NCBI GenBank assembly: GCA_051986435.1
Contig: JBPYFM010000155.1
Location: 1,548 to 65,547, forward strand
Direction of reading: 5' to 3'
Source of the DNA: Solirubrobacterales bacterium
Lineage (GTDB): Bacteria > Actinomycetota > Thermoleophilia > Solirubrobacterales > 70-9
Length of the DNA: 64,000 nucleotides
Both the position numbers and the translations under genes were made by a program. Numbering within the stretch: the first letter of the stretch is position 1; each line of letters begins with the position of its first letter. Shown here one piece after another: positions 54,874 through 61,800 of the stretch. A model generated the notes under the pieces. It was given only the letters and a program-made list of their open reading frames with translations. It was not told the DNA's origin and did not search any database.

Positions 54874-56753
54874 CCGCAACTTTCAAACCCTTCGGTGAGG
54901 CAAGTTTCGAGTGGGTTGAGGCGTTTTGCTTCGTTCAGGTCGTTCTGGGCGGCTTCGTTCTGACCTGCCTGATGCTCCGCTTTCGCCCGCAGGTACCAGA
55001 GCGTCCAGTTGTGGTCCTCGCGGTCGATCGCTTGGCCGAAGCGGTGGATCGCTTCCGGATATTCGCCCTGCGCCTGCGCCAGGAGGCCGAGCTGGAGGTA
55101 TGGCGTCGCCGCCCACGGCTCGATCGAGCGGGCGGTGTCGGCGTGGTTGACCGCGCTTTCGAAGTCTTCTTCGTGCACCGCGGCGGTCGACTGGCTGATC
55201 TCGTGGTCGATCAGGAGCGGGCCGGTGAGCGCGAGCATGGTCAACCAGGCTATGGCCAAACCGGCGATCGTGAGGCCGAAACGCCGACTTTCGGCGTCCG
55301 TCTCGACCTCGACCCCTTCCCGCGCGCGGGCCGCGGCGCGGGCGCGCCAGAGCTGGCCGCAGCGGGCCGCGACGAGGATCCCGGTCGACATGAAGAAGAC
55401 CGAGCCGATCACTGCCAGTTGCCAGAACCAGTCGTAGGCGACGCCGACGGCGAAGGCGAGGCTGACGCCGAGGAGGATCGCGTAGAGCTCCCGCTCGCGG
55501 CCGCCGGCGGCGCGCCAGGCCGCATATCCGGTCCAGAGCAGGAAGAGGACCAGCCCCAATATCAGGAGCCCGCCGACGATCCCCAGCTCGCCCAGCGCCT
55601 GCAGGTAGAGCGAGTGCGCCTGGGTGTTCGTCATCGCGATCGGACGCAGCTGGTCCCAGGCGAACTGGTAGGTGCCGGCACCCTGGCCGACGATCGGCTT
55701 TTCGTCGAAGGATTCGAGCGCGACTTCCCAGAACTGGATGCGGCCGCGGCTCGAGGCTTCGGCGAGGCCCGAGGGCGTGGTGAGGTCGGTGCTGGTGAAC
55801 TTGTCCCAGGCGGTCTCGCCGTAGAGGATCCCGGCGACGATCGCGAGCACGAGGGCGACGATCGCGATCCCGCCCAGCACGCGGCGGTCGCGGGAGACGG
55901 CGAGGGCGCGCTCGACCGCCGGCGGGTTGCGCCGCTCGAGCCGCCGCATCGCCCAGATCGCGAGCACGGTCACCGCGATCCCGGCGAGCAGGATCGCTCC
56001 CGCTTTCAGCCCCTGCCCGACGATCGGGGCGAAGTTGTAGTTGTTCGACAGTTCCGGATAGGAGTGGATCGCGACGATAGCCGGCACCGTCAGCACGGCG
56101 GCGATGAGCAGCGTCGCCAGGTACCAGAGGCGGTCGCGGGAGAGGACGATCAGCGTGCCCGCGGCGAGGATCAGCGTGAGGATGCCCCCCCTCGAATGGG
56201 TGAAGTAGAGCGCGAGCAGGACCGCGGGCAGCGCGCCGACCGAGAACCAACGCAGGGCGCGGCTCAGCGACCGACGGCTCATCCAGACGCAGAGGCCGGC
56301 GGCAAAGGAGAAGAGGATCGCGTTGCCGTTCCAGTAGCCGAGGGGGTACTGGAGCCTGGTCCCTTTCGATTCGTCGAAGGAAAGCGCGAAAACGTGCGGC
56401 AGGAGGCGGGTGGCCAGGGCCAGGATCGCCACCAAGGCCAAAGCGATTGCGATGCCTTCACCGAAACGTTGGCGCCGTTGGTTGGTTTGGGCGAGGAGGA
56501 ACGCGGCAAGGAACACGCCGAGGTACATCAGGACGCGATCCGCCTCGGCGACGCTCAACTCGACAGAACCGGACCAGAGAGATGAGATTGCAGACCAAAT
56601 TGCAAAGCCCAAGAGGAGGCCCGATGCCCAGTAGAACGGCTTCGCGAGCAGTGACCTCCCGGCCACGCCAAGCACCAGCAGGCCCACGACCAGCAGCCAG
56701 ACGACCAGTCCGGCGATATGCCGGGAGCTCAGCGAGAAGCCTCCGCCGGTCAT
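54870..56753 (-). CDS. O-antigen-ligase-like (Wzy_C) polytopic membrane protein with C-terminal TPR repeats
   Basis: FTHSRGGILTLILAAG lies in a large loop region (Wzy_C-like). The C-terminal YLQLGLLAQAQGEYPEAIHRFGQAI..AKAEHQAGQNEAAQNDLNEAKRLNP is TPR-like. The start is uncertain (56753 versus 56900, which would overlap the divergent gene). Confidence 0.65.
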   Translation of the reverse strand: MTGGGFSLSSRHIAGLVVWLLVVGLLVLGVAGRSLLAKPFYWASGLLLGFAIWSAISSLWSGSVELSVAEADRVLMYLGVFLAAFLLAQTNQRRQRFGEGIAIALALVAILALATRLLPHVFALSFDESKGTRLQYPLGYWNGNAILFSFAAGLCVWMSRRSLSRALRWFSVGALPAVLLALYFTHSRGGILTLILAAGTLIVLSRDRLWYLATLLIAAVLTVPAIVAIHSYPELSNNYNFAPIVGQGLKAGAILLAGIAVTVLAIWAMRRLERRNPPAVERALAVSRDRRVLGGIAIVALVLAIVAGILYGETAWDKFTSTDLTTPSGLAEASSRGRIQFWEVALESFDEKPIVGQGAGTYQFAWDQLRPIAMTNTQAHSLYLQALGELGIVGGLLILGLVLFLLWTGYAAWRAAGGRERELYAILLGVSLAFAVGVAYDWFWQLAVIGSVFFMSTGILVAARCGQLWRARAAARAREGVEVETDAESRRFGLTIAGLAIAWLTMLALTGPLLIDHEISQSTAAVHEEDFESAVNHADTARSIEPWAATPYLQLGLLAQAQGEYPEAIHRFGQAIDREDHNWTLWYLRAKAEHQAGQNEAAQNDLNEAKRLNPLETCLTEGFESCG

Positions 56754-56818
56754 CGCCAGAGCCCCGATCAGGGCGATCGGACCGAGGAACGCCGCCGATT
56801 CCTCTAACCTTGCGCGGA

Positions 56819-57442
56819 ATGCAAGGTGCCCCCCACCGCCAGGCCCGTAGCTCGGCCCGCTCCTTCTTCTTGCTTCCGTCAGTGCTTGCTCTGCTGGCAT
56901 TGGCTCTATTTCCCGTGAGCGCTTTCGCGGGGAACTCGGGCGAAACCGTCTACGAAACCGAAATTCCCTCGGTGACGAGTGAACCCTCCACGGGGGGGAA
57001 CCACGCGGGCAAGTCGCCTACCCATCACAGCAGCCATAACACCGGCAACGGTGAATCGGGTCGGGCGACCGGCTCCAACGCCGAAGTCGGCGGGGGCGCG
57101 GAAGGGTCCGAAGGGAAGTCGGCAGGGCATAAGAAGGAAGGGTCCTCTTCGCAGGAAGAAGAAGGCAATCCTTCCACGGCCGGTGGCGGCGGTGGCAACA
57201 AGCCGAACGGCGGCGGTGGAGGCAAGGGGCCGGAAGGCTCGATCTCCGAATCGAAGGAACTCGGCGGAACCCAGCCGGGCGCCAACGCTTCGCACAGCAG
57301 CGGCGGCTCCTCGCCGGTCGTGCCCATCCTGATCGCGGTCGCGGTCCTCGCGGCGATCTCGATCGGCGTGGTGCTCTACCGCCAGCGTAAGTCGGGCCCG
57401 GGTGGCTCCGACGGACGCGTCTCCTCGTCCAACGCGAGCTAG
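56819..57442 (+). CDS. Secreted, C-terminally TM-anchored Ser/Gly/Glu-rich low-complexity protein
   Basis: Signal peptide MQGAPHRQARSSARSFFLLPSVLALLALALFPVSAFA. About 130 aa of disordered S/G/E/N/T-rich sequence, then the TM PVVPILIAVAVLAAISIGVVLY followed by RQRK. Confidence 0.55.
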   Translation: MQGAPHRQARSSARSFFLLPSVLALLALALFPVSAFAGNSGETVYETEIPSVTSEPSTGGNHAGKSPTHHSSHNTGNGESGRATGSNAEVGGGAEGSEGKSAGHKKEGSSSQEEEGNPSTAGGGGGNKPNGGGGGKGPEGSISESKELGGTQPGANASHSSGGSSPVVPILIAVAVLAAISIGVVLYRQRKSGPGGSDGRVSSSNAS

Positions 57443-57605
57443 AGTGCCGTGCCAGGCGATGTTCGCCCACTCTGGCTTGCCCTCGCCGCGCCCGGCGGCG
57501 TCCTCGACCGCTCGACGTGGCTCCGCCACGCCTTCGGGTCTGCGTCCTTGCCGGCCAAGGCGACTGCTGCGCCGGACCCGGGCAAACCTCACCCGGCACG
57601 GCACT
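57443..57605 (+). other. Possible structured 5' leader or small element bounded by an 11-bp perfect inverted repeat
   Basis: AGTGCCGTGCC (57443-57453) pairs with GGCACGGCACT (57595-57605). Internal short hairpins include GGCGAtgtTCGCC, CGTGGctccgCCACG and CCTTGccggcCAAGG. Confidence 0.3.
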
Positions 57606-57632
57606 AGTCCACAACCCCACATGGAGGGATCG

Positions 57633-58781
57633 ATGCTTAAAGCCAGCAGGAAGGCGCGCGCCCTGACGGCCGCGTTGGCCGTCGTCCTCGCGCTCGGCGC
57701 CTTCGCCGCGAGCGCCGCGGCCGTGCCCGCCAACTTCTTCGGCGTGGTGCCGCAGTCGTCGCTCAGCCAGGAACAGTTCAACACGCTCAAGCAGGGCGGC
57801 GTGAAGGAGATGCGCGTGGCGCTGATCTGGGGCGCGGTCCAGCCGACCCGGGGCGGCACCCCCAACTGGGGCGAATTCGACGCGACCGTCGAACGCGCCG
57901 CGAAGAGCGGGATCGAACTGCTGCCGTTCATCGTCGGCACGCCGACCTGGGCGGTGCCCAGCGTGAAGGTCCCCGGCGCGCCCGGGGCGCTCGCCCCCGC
58001 CCGCCTGCCGGTGGCCGGCACCGCGGGCAAGGCCTGGTCGACGTTCCTCAAAGCCGCCGTCGCCCGGTACGGGACCAACGGCAGCTTCTGGAGCGAAAAC
58101 CCGACCCTTCCGGCGAAGCCGATCAAGGCCTGGCAGATCTGGAACGAGCCGAACTTCAAGTACTTCGTCGCCCACCCGAACCCGGCCGAATACGGCAAGC
58201 TCGTGAAAGCCTCCTCGGCGGCGATCAAATCGGTCGACCCGACCGCGCAGGTCGTCCTCGGCGGCCTCTTCGCGAAGCCGGCGGGTGCCCGGTACCTGAA
58301 GGGCAGGAAGGTCATCCACGCGACCAGCCCCAACTACTTCGGCTCGTACTTCCTCGAACAGATGTACAAGACGAACCCGGGGATCAAGTCCCGCTTCCAG
58401 GGCGTCGCGCTGCACCCCTACGTGGCGCGGTACCGGCAGCTGCCGCCGGAGATCGAAGAACTCCGCGGGGTGATGACGCGGTCCGGCGACGCCGCCAAGG
58501 GCCTCTGGATCACCGAGCTCGGTTGGAGCTCCGAACCGCCGCAGGGCCCGTCCAACGTGTTCGCGGTCGGCGCCTCCGGCCAGGCGCGGGAACTGAAAGG
58601 CGCCTTCAGCCTGATGAAAGCCGACGCGGCGAAATTCCGCCTCCGCCACGTCTACTGGTTCTCGGTCGACGATGCCCCGGAAACGTGCAACTTCTGCAAC
58701 GGCTCCGGCCTGTTCAGGAAGGGCTTCGTGCCGAAGAAGTCCTGGACCGAATTCACGAAGTTCACCGGCGGCACCCCCTAG
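57633..58781 (+). CDS. Secreted clan GH-A glycoside-hydrolase-like protein, paralog 3 of 3
   Basis: GGAGGG RBS, then an ATG at 57633. Signal peptide ending ASAAA. WQIWNEPNFKYF, ITELGWSS and C-terminal ETCNFCNGSGLF motifs. Confidence 0.7.
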   Translation: MLKASRKARALTAALAVVLALGAFAASAAAVPANFFGVVPQSSLSQEQFNTLKQGGVKEMRVALIWGAVQPTRGGTPNWGEFDATVERAAKSGIELLPFIVGTPTWAVPSVKVPGAPGALAPARLPVAGTAGKAWSTFLKAAVARYGTNGSFWSENPTLPAKPIKAWQIWNEPNFKYFVAHPNPAEYGKLVKASSAAIKSVDPTAQVVLGGLFAKPAGARYLKGRKVIHATSPNYFGSYFLEQMYKTNPGIKSRFQGVALHPYVARYRQLPPEIEELRGVMTRSGDAAKGLWITELGWSSEPPQGPSNVFAVGASGQARELKGAFSLMKADAAKFRLRHVYWFSVDDAPETCNFCNGSGLFRKGFVPKKSWTEFTKFTGGTP

Positions 58782-58791
58782 CCGCTCGGGT

Positions 58792-58840
58792 GTTGACGGG
58801 CCGAAAACCGCTCTATATCAGCGGTTTTCGGCCCGTCAAC
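58792..58840. repeat. 49-nt palindromic repeat, copy 3; probable terminator
   Basis: GTTGACGGGCCGAAAACCGCT-ctatatc-AGCGGTTTTCGGCCCGTCAAC. It lies 11 nt after the stop of 57633..58781 and 32 nt before the lhr start. Confidence 0.8.
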
Positions 58841-58871
58841 ATGTGGGGGCCGGCGAAGGCCGGCACAAGAG

Positions 58872-61800
58872 GTGCGTAAGATCGATGGGTTGGCGACCAA
58901 GTCGAAACCACGCACCGACTCTGACCCGCTGGCCCCGTTCTCGGCGGCCACGCGGCGCTGGTTCGAAGCCTCCTTCGAGGGGCCGACCGCTGCCCAGGCG
59001 GGCGGCTGGGCGGCGATCTCGGGTGGCGACAACGCGCTGATCTGCGCGCCGACCGGCTCCGGCAAGACGCTCGCGTCCTTCCTCTGGGGCATCGACAAGC
59101 TCGCCCGGGAGCCGGAGCTCGGCACCGGCGTCAAGCTCGTCTACATCTCGCCCCTGAAAGCGCTCTCCTACGACATCGAGCGCAACCTCCGCGCGCCGCT
59201 GCGCGGCATCGGCGCCGACATCTCCGTCGGGCTGCGCACCGGCGACACCTCCCAGAAAGACCGCCGGGCGATGGCGAAAACGCCGCCCGACATCCTCATC
59301 ACCACCCCCGAGTCGCTCTACCTGATGATGAGCTCCTCGGTCCGGGAGATTCTCACCGGCGTCGAGGCGGTGATCGTCGACGAGATCCATGCGGTGGCGC
59401 AGACCAAGCGGGGGAGCCACCTTTCGCTGACCTTGGAGCGGTTGGATCATCTGGTGAGGACTTCGGCGGCGGCGGACACCGAGGGGGACTCGCCGGAACA
59501 ACAGCCGGGAGGTTCCGGCGAGTCCCCCTCGGTGTTCGCGTCCGGGGGCATTCAGAGGATCGGCTTGTCAGCGACGCAGAGGCCTTTGGAGCGGATTGCT
59601 CAGTTCCTGGTGGGGCCTGGGCGCGAGTGCAAGATCGTCGATGCGGGGACGCGGAAAGACCTCGATCTGGAGATCGTGGTGCCGGTCGAGGACATGGCCG
59701 ATCCGGGGGCGCCCGCCTATCCGAGTGAGAACGGGAACGCGCAGCCTTCGGAAATCGAGCCGAGCGCGCACGTGCGCTCGATCTGGCCGGCGATCTACCC
59801 GGAGCTGCTGCGGCTGGTCCAGGAGCACACCTCGACGATCATCTTCGTCAACAACCGGCGGGCGTCGGAGCGCCTGGCGAAGCGGCTGAACGAGCTCGCC
59901 AACGGCGAAGGGGAGCAGGAGCTGCCGGCCACGGAGCATGCTGGGCACGGCGGATCCCCCGGGGACGACTCGCCGGAACAACAGCGGGGAGGTTCCGTCG
60001 AGTCATCCCCGGGGGATCCGCTGCGGTACGTGGAAATTGCACGGGCGCACCATGGGTCGCTCTCGCACGAGGAGCGCATCCTTGTGGAGGAGATGCTGAA
60101 GTCGGGGGAGCTTCCGTGCCTCGTCGCTACTTCGTCGCTGGAGCTCGGCATCGACATGGGGGCGGTGGACCTCGTGATCCAGGTCGAGTCGCCGAAGTCG
60201 GTGACCCGGGGGCTGCAGCGGATCGGGCGCGCCGGGCACGGCATCGGCGAGACCTCCAAAGGCCGGATCTTCCCCAAATACCGCGGCGACCTGCTGGAGT
60301 GCGCGGTGGTCGCGCGGCGCATGCGCGAGGGGGAGATCGAGGAGACGACGATCCCGCAGAACCCGCTCGACGTGCTCGCCCAGCACCTGGTCTCGATGGC
60401 GGCGCTGGACGAGTGGCAGGTCGACGACGTCGAGAAGGTCGTCACCGCCACCGAGTCGTTCCACGACCTCTCGCGCGAGCAGCTCGAGAACGTGCTCGAC
60501 ATGCTCGACGGGCGCTACCCGTCGGACCGCTTCGCCGAGCTGCGCCCGCGGATCGTCTGGGACCGCATGGAGGGGACGATCCACGGCCGCAAAGGCGCCC
60601 GCCAGCTGGTCGTCACCAACGCCGGCACGATTCCCGACCGCGGCCTCTACGGCGTCCACCTGCCCGACGGCCGGCGGGTCGGCGAGCTCGACGAGGAGAT
60701 GGTCTACGAGGCGCGGGCCGGGCAGACCTTCCTGCTCGGCGCCTCGACCTGGCGGATCGAGGAAATCACCCGCGACCGGGTGATCGTCACGCCCGCGCCC
60801 GGCGCGCCCGGGGCGGTGCCGTTCTGGCGCGGGGACGGGGTCGGGCGCCCGGCGGAGCTCGGCCGCGCGATCGGCGAGTTCGCCCGCGAGGCGGTCTCGC
60901 GCGAGCCCACCGCCTTGGCGAAGGAGTACGACCTCGACCAGCGCGCCGCCAACAACCTCGTCTGCTACCTGCGCGAACAGCAGGACGCGACCCGCGTCGT
61001 CCCCTCCGACCAGACGATCGTGGTCGAGCGCTTCCGCGACGAGATCGGCGACTGGCGCCTCTGCGTCCTCTCCCCGTACGGCGGGCGCGTGCACGCCGCC
61101 TGGGGGCTCGCGCTGGCGGCGAAGATCCGCAACGAGCGCGATCTCGAGGCCGACGCGATCTGGTCCGACGACGGCATCGTCATCCACCTGCCCGACGCCG
61201 ACGAGCCGCCGCCCGCCGACCTGGTGCTGGTCGACCCGGCGGAGCTCGAAGACCTGGTCGTGGGGGAGCTCTCCGGCTCGGCACTCTTCGGCGCGCGTTT
61301 CCGCGAGAACGCGTCACGATCGCTCCTGATCCCGCGCGCCTACCCGGGCAAACGCACGCCGCTCTGGCAGCAGCGGCTGAAATCGCAATCTCTCCTCGAA
61401 GTCGCGCGTGACTTTCCACGTTTCCCCGTGGTCCTGGAGACCTACCGAGAGTGCCTGCAGGACGTGCTCGACCTGCCCGCGCTCGTCGACCTGCTGGAAA
61501 AGCTCCACGCCCGGTCGCTCTCGCTGGTCGAGGTGGAGACGCCGACCGCCTCGCCGTTCGCCTCGTCGCTCCTCTTCGACTACGTCGCCACCTATATGTA
61601 TGAGGGGGACACGCCGAACGCCGAGCGGCGCGCGGCGGCGCTGGCGCTCGACCGCGACCTGCTGCGCGAGCTGCTCGGCCAGGAGGAGCTGCGCGAGCTG
61701 ATCGACCCGGAGGCCTTGGAGGAGGTCGAAGCCCAGCTCCAGCACCGCACCGAGGCGGGACAGGCGGGCGACCGCGACGCGCTGCAACAGATCCTCCGCA

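Noticed and set aside
57175-57235. GGC/GGT/GGA codon runs (GGGGGNKPNGGGGGKG) that look like a simple tandem repeat
   Set aside because: This is a short, imperfect glycine-codon run inside a low-complexity coding region. It is not a spaced direct-repeat array or a microsatellite of notable length.
57570-57600. GGGCAAACC string reminiscent of the c-di-GMP-I (GEMM-I) riboswitch core, noted because an HD-GYP gene is in the window
   Set aside because: Only one of the two conserved GCAAA-containing segments is present. There is no ACGCAAAGC-like partner and no GNRA tetraloop/receptor arrangement that I can see. A 9-mer match alone is not meaningful.
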